Shown here: positions 44,871 through 55,331 of the stretch, piece by piece
Layout: every line of letters starts with the position of its first letter
How positions within the stretch are numbered: position 1 is the first letter of the stretch
Assembly: GCA_016234115.1 (NCBI GenBank)
Contig: JACRHD010000067.1
Location: 13,875-77,874 of the forward strand
DNA from: Nitrospirota bacterium
GTDB taxonomy: Bacteria; Nitrospirota; Thermodesulfovibrionia; UBA6902
Reading direction: 5' to 3'
Length of the DNA stretch: 64,000 bases
Translations under genes and position numbers: made by a program
Notes under the pieces: model-generated
Told to the model about the DNA's origin: nothing
Database searches by the model: none
Seen by the model: the letters and a program-made list of their open reading frames with translations, nothing else

Positions 44871-45476
44871 CTATTCGACTACAAGAAAACCTTTATTGTC
44901 GATAAGATCTAAAAGCATCTGCCCTGCCGTCCTGATGTCCGTCCTCGCCGTATCGATAACAAGATCGGGATTCTCCGGCTCCTCATAGGGGGAGTCAATA
45001 CCGGTATAGTTTTTAATAATCCCAGCTCTTGCCTTTTTATACTGACCCTTAGGGTCGCGCATTTCACACACTTCAAGAGAGCATTTGACGTATACTTCAA
45101 GAAAATTATCATCTTCGAACCGTGTCCTGAAATACTCTCTGTTTTCCTTATTGGGAGATATAAATGCCGCAAATACAAGCATGCCGGCATCGGCAAATAA
45201 TTTTGAGACCTCGACAATTCGACGAAGGTTTTCTTTCCTGTGTTCACGGCTGAATCCCAAATTACTGTTAAGGCCATGCCTGACATTATCTCCATCCAGG
45301 ACATATGCATGAACATCCCGGGCAAACAATTCCCTTTCCGCATAGTGCGCGATTGTGGATTTTCCGGAACCGGAAAGTCCCGTCAAAAGTATGAGACCGC
45401 TTTTATGTTTAAAAAAGCGATTTCTCTCCTCTCTTTTCACATATTTGTCATGCCAGATGACATTATTCTTTTGCAC
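44871..45476 (-). CDS. cysC: Adenylyl-sulfate kinase
   Basis: TGLSGSGKST, LDGDNVRHGL, RDPKG, TGIDSPYE. Confidence 0.96.
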   Translation of the reverse strand: MQKNNVIWHDKYVKREERNRFFKHKSGLILLTGLSGSGKSTIAHYAERELFARDVHAYVLDGDNVRHGLNSNLGFSREHRKENLRRIVEVSKLFADAGMLVFAAFISPNKENREYFRTRFEDDNFLEVYVKCSLEVCEMRDPKGQYKKARAGIIKNYTGIDSPYEEPENPDLVIDTARTDIRTAGQMLLDLIDNKGFLVVE

Positions 45477-45552
45477 GATTCGCTTACCTCCTTCATTTCC
45501 AAATGATGAATGATTATAGCCGCTTGGTAGTGCAAAAAAGCATTAAATTGTT

Positions 45553-46467
45553 TTAATCCGCGAAAGGCTCTTTGCCGAAGTATCTAATTTTAATACCGTC
45601 TATGACATTGGTCCTGAATAAAAAGTTTACCTTCATTATTGATTCGTGAACATGATATGCGGCCTTCATAAATCCATTTATTCCAGTTTCATCATAGGTA
45701 GTTTCATATCCAAATCGTTTTAATGTATCTGCCGCGGTATTTTCAAATACCTTTATCTGTCGCTCACTCATTGTACTTTTCCATTTATTATAATTGCCCT
45801 TCCTTATCCCTTTTATCAATTTATTCATTTCCTTCTCATGAAACTCTTCATCTATAAATTTATATAAGTCACGCAGTATTTTCTCAGCATTATCAAGTAA
45901 ATCTTCATACCTTAAAAAGAACAACTGCTTCTGATTGTTCAATTGTTCCAGAATTTGATTGCTCCTATTGTATTTATTCCATCTCTCGGCACACGTAAAA
46001 ATGTTATGTTCCCCCCACGGCTCGTTCAATAAAGAAAGGGCGACGTCACGTCCGTCACGGACAATGAAGATATATTTCGAATTAGGGAATATCTCATATA
46101 GGATGTCCACATCTAACGTAAAATGCGGCGTTTTATCACCCCACAACCTGTTCCCATTTTTTCTTGCCATTTTCATACATAAGTTATGGACTATTTCTCT
46201 GTAGCTGAATTCTTCAAGTTCTTCATAAAAGCGATCAAGGTCAATTCTTATTTTCCATTGCATCACAGACCTTGTCTTTAAGATGTCTTTTAATAACTTA
46301 GTCAAATTATTCTTGTCCCTGAGATTACCGTAATTATCCAGATGCTTGTAATACTTCGTAATAAAGTGGGTCTCAACCAGCTCTCCATAACTTGAACATT
46401 GCAATAAACTTGCAAGTAAGGTAGTCCCCGACCTTTCGCATCCTAAAATAAAAAGCGGCTGCTTCAA
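45553..46467 (-). CDS. PAPS-dependent sulfotransferase
   Basis: GCERSGTT, WGDKTP, VRDGRDVALS, RYEDL. Confidence 0.9.
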   Translation of the reverse strand: MKQPLFILGCERSGTTLLASLLQCSSYGELVETHFITKYYKHLDNYGNLRDKNNLTKLLKDILKTRSVMQWKIRIDLDRFYEELEEFSYREIVHNLCMKMARKNGNRLWGDKTPHFTLDVDILYEIFPNSKYIFIVRDGRDVALSLLNEPWGEHNIFTCAERWNKYNRSNQILEQLNNQKQLFFLRYEDLLDNAEKILRDLYKFIDEEFHEKEMNKLIKGIRKGNYNKWKSTMSERQIKVFENTAADTLKRFGYETTYDETGINGFMKAAYHVHESIMKVNFLFRTNVIDGIKIRYFGKEPFAD

Positions 46468-46678
46468 TTTTCTCGTATCTTACTGACTGTTATTAGAAAT
46501 AATAGTTAGAAATAATGTCTTCCCTGTTACGGGTGAAAATGAACGGAAGGTGTAAATTCAATCCTGAGGCTCTTGATATGACTGATCTTTATACAAGTCC
46601 TGGCAAGAATAATGCGATTGTACTTTCATGGCAGCCTATTAACGCTATGTTTTTCAGATAGTCGGTCTATTTCCGTTA

Positions 46679-48838
46679 TTATGGATTGGCTACTGAAGAT
46701 ATTATGGTTGTCCTGTCCGGCGGTTGCTTAAGTTCGCTTTCAGACATTGCACGACTGTAAATTGCGACGTGGTCGATGGATCCGGAGAACTGCGATGTCA
46801 TATTCTGTTGATTGCCGATGATTACAGGGCTGGCGTAATCATTGAGTGACCCGCTCTGGGCCCTGCTTGCTATCCTTACGCCGTCAAAGTAGAGGACCTG
46901 CTCGATTCCATCGTATGTAAGCACGACATGATGCCATCCGCCCAGCTTGTCGCTCATAAATCCGGTTGTACTTGTGACAGGGGAACCATTGACATACGAC
47001 CATATCCTGTTTTCGCTTGCCGCGAAGCCAATAGCATAGGCCGAGGTGTTCGATTTGGAAATCAGTAATGGATAATTTGTCGAAATTCCGTAATCGGTTG
47101 TATTAAACCAGAGAGAAACGGTGAGTTTATCAAATCCGTCAAGATTAGTTGCCTCATTGACACTTATTGCTTGATTTGAAGCATTGAACCTATACGCCTG
47201 ACCTATTTTCCCGGATGTCAATGTCGCACCGCTGACTATTCCATTATTATTATATCCCGAGTCGTCCTTGGCATTCCCGCTGAAGGTGTAAAAAGCAACA
47301 AGACCACCATCCTCCGTCGAGGTTGCGGCGTTAATGGTAACAGAGATGGTCGCAGTGTTAGAGTCAGCCTTACTGTCGTTGGCCTTGAAGGTAAGTGAAT
47401 CGGATCCGATATAGTTATTATCCGGTGTATACGTCAGGTTAGGCGCAGTGCCGGAGAGTGAGCCATGTGTCGGATTTATCACTACGGAATAATTCAAATC
47501 ATCCCCATTCAGATCAGAAGCAGTCAGGGTTATTGGCAAGGGTGTGTTTGCAGAAGTCGAGACTGTCTGGTTATTGGCAACTGGCGGATTGTTGACCGGT
47601 TGAGAATTCACGGTTATGGATAAGGCTTTCGTGGCGGTTTCAGCGGGCGAAGATGAATCCTGCGCTTTGATCGTAAAGTTGTAGGTTCCTGTGGTTGTGG
47701 GAGTGCCGGAAATAGCGCTTGAGGTTAAACTTAATCCTCCGGGCAGAGTGCCTGAGATAATAGACAGTCCGGTAGGAGCAGTGCCGCCTGATGTTGAAAT
47801 TGTTTGGGAATAGGGGGTATCTAACGTTGCACTGGGCAACGAAGATGTGCTTATGGAAAGTGGCTGAGATCCTCCACCGATACGCGAAGTGCTAATAACA
47901 ACATCATCTATCGCATACCATTGTTCTTTTTTCTCTGAAGCAGGGGCGAAAGAGTTGTAAGCATTGTAACCTAATCCAACCACATTCCAACCGAGCCCCC
48001 CTGGACTGTCATTCCCCATCCATCTTATATCAGCGCGGCTATATTGAAGATTGTCATCAGCCCAAAACTCAATAACGCCATCAGCCACCCCTGGAGCAGA
48101 GTTCATTTTTACATGGAATTCCAAAGCATGCCACATGCCATCTCCCAACGAATTCGTATAGGTAGGATTACCCGTGTAGTTGAAACTGCTATCATAATTT
48201 ATTGAACAATAATAATTGTTTTCTTGTGGATCGCACCTATGACTATGAGAATGACGAAAACCGTATGGATTTTGTACAGAATCGAAAACATATAGCGGAG
48301 CAGAATAGCCGGTGTTAAAAGCCGTAAAAGGACTTCCTACTCTGTCCCAGTGACGAACATGTACCATTTTAATCATTGCATTATTGTCCTGTGTATAAAA
48401 CCATTGAAATCCAGGTTGAAATTTAACATAAACTCGAACGTAAATTTCGTTATAATCTCTGCCTAGATCTTTTGAAAAGCCACCTATTGCCCCCCAGCCA
48501 TCACCTGAACGACCATCATTCGATTCATTCCACATAGTAAAAGCCTTACCATGCTGTCCTCTAAAATTATCACTCGAGATTTGCATACTTGGATGAAACA
48601 TAAGCCCATCCGTATGTGGATGCCAGAGTTCATCACTGTTGTAATAATCCCACAAACCGGGGACCTGATTTTTACATGCTGAATTTAAACATGCCGCTAC
48701 TTCTGTTTGTGGGAACCAATCCGGATCATTATCAAAGTTGTCTTCAAAAATAATTTCACTCCAAGAATATGGTGGAAATACAACAAATGAGGACATCAGG
48801 AATAAAATAACAACTATCATTGTTTTCAATTTCCTCAT
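46679..48838 (-). CDS. Secreted protein: polysaccharide lyase-like jelly roll, two Ig-like domains, LamG
   Basis: Signal peptide; EIYVRVYVKF, WHALEFHVKMN, IDDVVIS; LPGGLSL..SGTPT; LTYTP..DSLTF; WHHVVLTYDG, FSGSIDHVAIY. Confidence 0.72.
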   Translation of the reverse strand: MRKLKTMIVVILFLMSSFVVFPPYSWSEIIFEDNFDNDPDWFPQTEVAACLNSACKNQVPGLWDYYNSDELWHPHTDGLMFHPSMQISSDNFRGQHGKAFTMWNESNDGRSGDGWGAIGGFSKDLGRDYNEIYVRVYVKFQPGFQWFYTQDNNAMIKMVHVRHWDRVGSPFTAFNTGYSAPLYVFDSVQNPYGFRHSHSHRCDPQENNYYCSINYDSSFNYTGNPTYTNSLGDGMWHALEFHVKMNSAPGVADGVIEFWADDNLQYSRADIRWMGNDSPGGLGWNVVGLGYNAYNSFAPASEKKEQWYAIDDVVISTSRIGGGSQPLSISTSSLPSATLDTPYSQTISTSGGTAPTGLSIISGTLPGGLSLTSSAISGTPTTTGTYNFTIKAQDSSSPAETATKALSITVNSQPVNNPPVANNQTVSTSANTPLPITLTASDLNGDDLNYSVVINPTHGSLSGTAPNLTYTPDNNYIGSDSLTFKANDSKADSNTATISVTINAATSTEDGGLVAFYTFSGNAKDDSGYNNNGIVSGATLTSGKIGQAYRFNASNQAISVNEATNLDGFDKLTVSLWFNTTDYGISTNYPLLISKSNTSAYAIGFAASENRIWSYVNGSPVTSTTGFMSDKLGGWHHVVLTYDGIEQVLYFDGVRIASRAQSGSLNDYASPVIIGNQQNMTSQFSGSIDHVAIYSRAMSESELKQPPDRTTIISSVANP

Positions 48839-48959
48839 AGAATACTCCTTTAAATTATCTTTATGTCTTTAATATTAACTTAAATAAAATAAGGCTCATA
48901 AATCCGTGAGGCACATCACTTTTGTCTAAAATAAGCGTTGTTATAGAAAATTAATTAGT

Positions 48960-49949
48960 TTAACTTTTCCAGCGAGCTATCTTTATCAACATACCTAACC
49001 CCCTCGCAAACAAATAGAGGAACCATATATAACAATAACCCGGAAAACATTTCTTATCTCTTCCAACTCGCTGTTTTAAAGTAATGATAACGGGTATAGC
49101 AATCAATAAAATTAACACCCACTTATTAAAATAAAATGAACTCAACACAAAAGAAAGCGTTACATATGCAATTAATAATAAATAAAACAAAGGAGTTACT
49201 ATGCTATACAATTCATTAACTTCAAACTTATGGGAGACAAAACTTTTCAAATTTGCTCTCCCCTGCCATAATTGTCTCCCAAAAAACTCCCATGACGTTT
49301 TCGCATTCCTCAGGTGATTTACTTTAATATCTTTATGTACAATTAATTTTCTCCCTGTCTGTGATATTCTGTATCCTAAGTCGGAATCTTCACACGTAAT
49401 CAGTTGTTCATTAAATCCACCTATATCCTCCATTGTTTCCTTCTTAATAACGAAGCAAAAACTCGAAATAGTCGAGACATAATTGATCTTAGTTTGATAT
49501 TTGGAGTTCAAGTAATTTATCCAATATTCTTCAATCCAACTTCGTTCTTTTTCTAATGCTATAATACCTCCAACAACCGTCACATTTCTCAAAGTCATTA
49601 GAGTAGTTATGGCTATATTAAGCCATTGAGGATCAGGGACACAATCTCCATCTAAAAAAGCTATTATCTCACCCCTCGCATGTCTTGCGCCGAAATTACG
49701 TACTGTTCCAATAGTACCTGTCTTCTTCTCCAAGACTATAACATCATTGAACCTACTTACTATTTCTCTTGTACTGTCAGTAGAATTATTATCTACAACG
49801 ATAACTTCATATTTCTCTTTTGAATAATCTAATTTTGTTACACTATGCAAACACGATTGTATATAATCCTCTTCGTTTCTAACAGGAATTATTATTGAGA
49901 CAAAAGGATACGCGTTCTTGTCAATTTTCGGCAACGATAGGGATACCAT
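48960..49949 (-). CDS. Glycosyltransferase family 2
   Basis: SIIIPVRNEE, VDNNSTD, FLDGDC, GGFNE, EDSDL; C-terminal TMs. Confidence 0.9.
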   Translation of the reverse strand: MVSLSLPKIDKNAYPFVSIIIPVRNEEDYIQSCLHSVTKLDYSKEKYEVIVVDNNSTDSTREIVSRFNDVIVLEKKTGTIGTVRNFGARHARGEIIAFLDGDCVPDPQWLNIAITTLMTLRNVTVVGGIIALEKERSWIEEYWINYLNSKYQTKINYVSTISSFCFVIKKETMEDIGGFNEQLITCEDSDLGYRISQTGRKLIVHKDIKVNHLRNAKTSWEFFGRQLWQGRANLKSFVSHKFEVNELYSIVTPLFYLLLIAYVTLSFVLSSFYFNKWVLILLIAIPVIITLKQRVGRDKKCFPGYCYIWFLYLFARGLGMLIKIARWKS

Positions 49950-49963
49950 TCTAATCTGATCTA

Positions 49964-51265
49964 CTAAATTCCAATTTCCGAAATAAAGTCTACCTTCTTT
50001 TTACTATGTACACTCAAATCAATCCCTACCTCAATTACTAAGGTCAGGTCATTTTTAAAATATTTTTCAGCCTCTTTAATCAACAAGTTCTTCTCATTCT
50101 CATTTATATTCTGTTCAATACTAATAACTATTACGCCTTTATTACGTTGTATTGCTTGATAATTTAATATCAGTTTTTGTTCCATAGCCAAGTTCTTGAA
50201 TACGTAGTAGAGCGTTAAACTCGGATATTGATGCATTAAGCCGTATATTACTTTCCCGACTCGGCCCATTATTTCTTTGATTATGAAATGCTTCATTCCA
50301 CATTTACATTTCGTATCTTGATCAATTACAACATAATCACCTAATTTATACCTGATTATTGGAAATGATTTTGAAACCAAGTTTGTGACAATTATCTCAC
50401 TGTTTATTTCTTCAATAATCACGGTCTCCATGTTGATATGCATATTACCTTGTGGACATTCGAATGCGATAATCCCTGCTTCCGCAGCACCATATTCACT
50501 TATCATTTTCTTTCCGAATGCCTGTTGAACTTCTTCCTGATACTTATCGAATATTTTCTCAGAAGTCCCCTTGATCATTTCCAAATTAAACTGTGAGGTG
50601 TCAATATTGTTTTCATTGATCATTTTTGCTACCTCATAGATCGCTGAGGAGTATCCTTCTAAATATTTAGCCTTCTTTAATTTCCCAATAAATCTTTTAA
50701 GTTCAGAAGTGTTATAGGAAAAAATTCTAAATTGATTTTGCAAGTAATCCAATAAAGCAACCTTTGAACGCTTCTTAATAGAAAAATTATAGCCCCAAAA
50801 ATAGCCGTTTTTCTCCCACGGTCTTATGCCATGCCAGGAATATCCTCTGAAAACCGATGCTCTATGCCAGGCATCCCAGTCCTTGTTTCTATAAAATATT
50901 ATAGGCTTGCCTGTACTGCCAGAGGTTTCAGAATAAACTAGCTTTTCATGTAGATTAGAGATTTGGATCCTATTGATATTGTTTAATATATCTTCTTTTG
51001 TTAAAAAAGGAATTCTTTGCAGGTCATTAAGCGACGTTAAATCGTTGGGATGAAAACTATGCTTGTCAAATTTCTCTCTGTAATAGGTAGACTTGTTATA
51101 CGCATTGTCAACTAATTCTTTAAGTTTTTTTAGTTGATAATCTTTAATTATTTCAATTTCCTCAAACTGACTTTTTAGCAAAAAGTCATAATTGATGAAA
51201 ATCTGTTTATTAATTGACCAAATTCCAAATAGGTAGATATATTTTCGTATCATGCCGGATAACAT
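49964..51265 (-). CDS. CapK/phenylacetate-CoA ligase family protein
   Basis: TSGSTGKP, EYGAAE, PIIRYKLGD, CKCG, GR. Confidence 0.87.
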   Translation of the reverse strand: MLSGMIRKYIYLFGIWSINKQIFINYDFLLKSQFEEIEIIKDYQLKKLKELVDNAYNKSTYYREKFDKHSFHPNDLTSLNDLQRIPFLTKEDILNNINRIQISNLHEKLVYSETSGSTGKPIIFYRNKDWDAWHRASVFRGYSWHGIRPWEKNGYFWGYNFSIKKRSKVALLDYLQNQFRIFSYNTSELKRFIGKLKKAKYLEGYSSAIYEVAKMINENNIDTSQFNLEMIKGTSEKIFDKYQEEVQQAFGKKMISEYGAAEAGIIAFECPQGNMHINMETVIIEEINSEIIVTNLVSKSFPIIRYKLGDYVVIDQDTKCKCGMKHFIIKEIMGRVGKVIYGLMHQYPSLTLYYVFKNLAMEQKLILNYQAIQRNKGVIVISIEQNINENEKNLLIKEAEKYFKNDLTLVIEVGIDLSVHSKKKVDFISEIGI

Positions 51266-51332
51266 ATCGAGAGCCGTAGCTTATTGCAATAAATCATGAT
51301 CCATTTCCTTTTACAATTAAATATTCAGACTT

Positions 51333-52586
51333 CTAATTCTTTATTAAATATATCTCTTTCATTATCGCAGGAGTTATTAGAAACCAATAATAATATTCAA
51401 TCAGAGTTCCGGAATGAGCAAGTCCCGAAATCAGAAAACCAATAACAGACGCTTCAAGCATTGCTGACATATTGCAAACTTTTTTGTAACAATCATGCCC
51501 TCTAATATATTTTCTAATTTTATAAAGTTCCCAAAAAAAGAAAATAATAGCCAGCGAAAAAAATATAATACCAAAAAAGCCTCCCTCTACAAGTATCAGT
51601 ATGAATGTATTATGCGCGTCCATTACTATTTTATCATCGTTCAAGATTCTGCCCATATTAAATTTAAACTGCTGCATTCCAACACCGAACACCGGATTCT
51701 GTTTATACAATTCCCATGCTGCATCCCAGAAGACAAGTCTGCTCGAAGCAGATTCATCAACTTCCATCCCCTTATCAAACATACTATTAATTCTATCCAT
51801 ATAGCTTTCACCTTCAAGATCAGTGGTATACGCTGCAAAAAGGAAAACGGGAATGACAAGTATAGCCAACCAATATTTCTTGAAGCCATAATACCGTATA
51901 AAAAAATACGGCATCATCACTATCAACCCTACAAAAGCTGATCTTGAATGGGTAAAAACAATGTCTGCTATCAGTACGCCGGAAACAATAAAAGAACACA
52001 ATTTCACGATTTTTCTCTCAGATGATATCATATACAAAAAAAGTGGTAGCAGGAGAAGAAAAAGCATCGCTATACCATTAGATGAATTAGTGCTGCCGCC
52101 TCCCACAAGTTCGAGTCTGTCATTGCCAAGGAAATGCTGTTGAAAGGCCCATACTGCCAATAAACCGCCTCCTATCATATTGGCATAAAGAAATTTCATT
52201 AATTTCTCTTCCGTATCCGTCAGCATCGCAAGGAAAAAACAAAATAAAATAATTTTGGTAAATTCCATTGTCCAGAAGTAACCTTCCACAATATTCACAG
52301 CGCTGTCGTATGATACCCATAAAGAAATAACCAGAAGGAAAAGACTCTGGAGAATTGGCGATCTTAAGGCTTTGGTATTAAATCTTGAATTAATTACTGA
52401 AGAAATCACGATTAACATTGATACGACAAAGGGAATTTTCACACCTACCAGAAAACCGGAAGACAATGTTTCTGGTCTAAGGTAGTTGATCAGTATAAAT
52501 GTTATGACGCCTGCAAAAGGATTTCGCAAGGCAAGGATGGTCCCGACAACTACCAACAGCAGATAGAGTACGGCTTTTTGCGGCAT
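51333..52586 (-). CDS. O-antigen ligase/Wzy family membrane protein
   Basis: Multi-TM; THSRSAF, SRLVFW, NPVFGVG, AHNTF. Confidence 0.87.
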   Translation of the reverse strand: MPQKAVLYLLLVVVGTILALRNPFAGVITFILINYLRPETLSSGFLVGVKIPFVVSMLIVISSVINSRFNTKALRSPILQSLFLLVISLWVSYDSAVNIVEGYFWTMEFTKIILFCFFLAMLTDTEEKLMKFLYANMIGGGLLAVWAFQQHFLGNDRLELVGGGSTNSSNGIAMLFLLLLPLFLYMISSERKIVKLCSFIVSGVLIADIVFTHSRSAFVGLIVMMPYFFIRYYGFKKYWLAILVIPVFLFAAYTTDLEGESYMDRINSMFDKGMEVDESASSRLVFWDAAWELYKQNPVFGVGMQQFKFNMGRILNDDKIVMDAHNTFILILVEGGFFGIIFFSLAIIFFFWELYKIRKYIRGHDCYKKVCNMSAMLEASVIGFLISGLAHSGTLIEYYYWFLITPAIMKEIYLIKN

Positions 52587-52607
52587 ACTAAGTATCTCTG
52601 GAAACTT

Positions 52608-55292
52608 CTAAATACGATTTTGTATTTCCCATTTAATATTCCTTATCCTGTAGCTGATCCACCTGATTTCTTTTTTCATAGACGCATGCCGGAGAATTCT
52701 CCGAATATCTTGAATAGTTTTTTGAATCAAGACACTTTGTGATGCTTTTTCTGTGCAGGGTTTGCCGAAATTATACCCATGTTCCCAATCCTTTCCCTTT
52801 TGGATTGGAACCCGATCAAAGAATAACCTCATACCGCCAACAGACATTAAAATAGCCAACGGCCGGGTCAAGCTTTTTGTTTTTAGCGGTTCCAGGTAAT
52901 CCATTGAAGATCGGAAAAAGTAATCGGCCTTATCTAAAAAACGCGTCATCTCATCTTTGGGGCCGGAATACTTTGCAGCAAAGAGAAATACATTGCACTT
53001 TCTTATATCTTGAGCCGCTCGTGTTGCATAATTCGGGAAATCAAGCTGTTCCCGTCTGCTCAAAAAAGGGGATTCATAATCAGCCATCCATTTAGCATAA
53101 CGAATCAGGGTTTCCCTCGCGTAATGAAACATGTAATCATGTTCGTCTATTTCGTATTTCTTATCCAGATAGTTGCCTAAACTCTGCAAAAAAACCAGAT
53201 ACATCCATTTGGCATTTGGGTCTAAAAGGTCTCTCGACTGGACGTCATCTGCAGGATGAATACAGTTTCTGATTAACTTTTCAGCTTTCTCAAGGTAGTA
53301 CTTTTTCCTTGTTAATTCGTAAGCATCTAAAAGCACATTCAAAACATTTCCTGACGGCCTTCCCGGGCCGTCGAATCCATACGTAGAAGCTGACTTCCTC
53401 CCACTTAATTTTTGCTTAAGGTAAACAATACCTTGCTTGGCAAGTTTCTCAAGTTTCTCAATCATGCTTATATGCTCATCAACTCCAACCACCGTCCAGT
53501 CAGCAAGATCAAGGACTGCATCCTTCGCATCCCTGTTACCGGTCATGAGATAATAATAGAGAAGCCCTTTGGTATATATGTGGTCAAATCCCGGCCCACT
53601 GCCATAAGACTTTAGTCCCTTCTTGATTTTCGTTTGGATCGACATACATCGATGCGTTGCCGTAGCCGCATCAGCAAAATGATCGGTATGCCAGTGCATC
53701 CCTTTGTTAAACAATTCTCTGTCCTCATCGGTATGATAAATATCTATATCTATGACGTGGTCAGCAAGCTCTTTTGCCAATATGAACCATTCCGGTTTGC
53801 CGGTTCTGGCATAATGGTACAATGAGCTATAGATAACGTCATACTGATTATTATAATGAGAAACAAGAGGGGTATCCTCCTTAAAAGCAACCTGCTCATA
53901 CGTTTCATGATCCGCAAAAAGGTCACCAAAGTTTCTCCAGCCATATTCGTCGATAATTTCCCTTCTGTTGAAGAAATTGTTATCGCCGTTTATCGCAGTA
54001 TTAATTAGCATCTCGTAAAATCGTCTATTGCCGACAGAAGTCCCTCCTTGATACAGATAACTGAAGGCCTCTGTCGATGCATTATATTCCGGACTTGTTC
54101 CAGGTATAACAGGATGATATATCCAGTTCAGCCTTTGCTCATCTGGAGTAAAAGTTAAAAATATTGTATGTGTTTTCTGTTCCCCCCCTTGCAACTCAAA
54201 ATAGTCACTATATTGCCCCGGAAACATTCTGACCGTAAGCATATTCCCTTGAACTTCAATGGCGCTTGGAAAACTTTGCCAGAAATATTGCATAGCGACA
54301 GAAATCATCTTGCTTTCGTTCTCAAGCGAAACTACGGGATTAGCCCTATCCCCACTTTCTATGCTTTGGTTTGAATCTCCATATACCCTGTATCCCTTGA
54401 AGGAATTCATCACTTTTCCATTTCTATTTACGTGATTTGTGTTATTCCAATTATCTCCTCCGCTTGAGTCCTGATAGATTTCAATCCTGTCAGACGTTGA
54501 ACTACGAAAGGACTGTTCCGGCTGAGTTATCCATTTCGCAACAGGTTCATAATTTGACTGAAGAGCTATCTGCAATGATAAGTCCTTAAATAGAAAAGAG
54601 CCTTTATCACCCATATCCCAAAGCCCACCCAGATGCTGTGCAGCTTTAGTATTCCTAATTGTAAAAGCTAATCTTACAAGAGAACTGTTGGAATAAAAGG
54701 TAATTCTTGAATAGAATTCAATGCCCTTTGTCCCACCCTGTGCAATCAACTGCCCACATACGTTCAACGTAGCTCTGAGCGGCCTACTTGTTTCAACTGT
54801 TATATCTTTTATTTTGGGTATATACCCTCGACCCAAATCATCAATCAAATTAAGACCGCTGCAAGAGCTATCAATAATAGACTGATTGTCGATAATTACT
54901 TTTTCAAAAGGGGCGAATAAAGATTTATTAACATAAAAAATGCCTTTCCTGGTATCAATTATTATCGAATCATCAGTCTCATTAATTGATATAGACGACC
55001 CTATCAAATTCTCGCATTGGATCCTGTGCTGGAGTTCATATTTTACCCTGGAGTTTTTCCTAACCGCTGCAACGAAATCCAATAGAAGCCATTTTATGCT
55101 TCCATCAGGCCAAAGTGAAAGACTTTCAGTTTGAAATGGAATCCGATTGTCTCCCTGGTCTACTAATTCAAGACAGGAAGAATCAAAGAAATTACCCCTT
55201 GAAAACGGGATGCCGATCGAGACAGGTTCGCTGCTTCTGTCAATCCCAAAAGTTTCTTCAATAATAATCGGAACGGAAAACTTATTTGTCAT
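52608..55292 (-). CDS. Large YetA/PcRGLX-like (exo-rhamnogalacturonan lyase-like) protein without signal peptide
   Basis: EPVSIGIPF, WPDGSIKWLLLDF, YGWRNFGD, NNQYD, DHVIDID, YYLMTG. Start probably 55292. Confidence 0.62.
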   Translation of the reverse strand: MTNKFSVPIIIEETFGIDRSSEPVSIGIPFSRGNFFDSSCLELVDQGDNRIPFQTESLSLWPDGSIKWLLLDFVAAVRKNSRVKYELQHRIQCENLIGSSISINETDDSIIIDTRKGIFYVNKSLFAPFEKVIIDNQSIIDSSCSGLNLIDDLGRGYIPKIKDITVETSRPLRATLNVCGQLIAQGGTKGIEFYSRITFYSNSSLVRLAFTIRNTKAAQHLGGLWDMGDKGSFLFKDLSLQIALQSNYEPVAKWITQPEQSFRSSTSDRIEIYQDSSGGDNWNNTNHVNRNGKVMNSFKGYRVYGDSNQSIESGDRANPVVSLENESKMISVAMQYFWQSFPSAIEVQGNMLTVRMFPGQYSDYFELQGGEQKTHTIFLTFTPDEQRLNWIYHPVIPGTSPEYNASTEAFSYLYQGGTSVGNRRFYEMLINTAINGDNNFFNRREIIDEYGWRNFGDLFADHETYEQVAFKEDTPLVSHYNNQYDVIYSSLYHYARTGKPEWFILAKELADHVIDIDIYHTDEDRELFNKGMHWHTDHFADAATATHRCMSIQTKIKKGLKSYGSGPGFDHIYTKGLLYYYLMTGNRDAKDAVLDLADWTVVGVDEHISMIEKLEKLAKQGIVYLKQKLSGRKSASTYGFDGPGRPSGNVLNVLLDAYELTRKKYYLEKAEKLIRNCIHPADDVQSRDLLDPNAKWMYLVFLQSLGNYLDKKYEIDEHDYMFHYARETLIRYAKWMADYESPFLSRREQLDFPNYATRAAQDIRKCNVFLFAAKYSGPKDEMTRFLDKADYFFRSSMDYLEPLKTKSLTRPLAILMSVGGMRLFFDRVPIQKGKDWEHGYNFGKPCTEKASQSVLIQKTIQDIRRILRHASMKKEIRWISYRIRNIKWEIQNRI

Positions 55293-55331
55293 ATTTATTG
55301 CCCTCATCATTGTGAAACAGGTCATAAGGAA

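Noticed and set aside
46493-46516. TTAGAAATAAT direct repeat upstream of the sulfotransferase
   Set aside because: Two copies in AT-rich DNA are compatible with chance or slippage.
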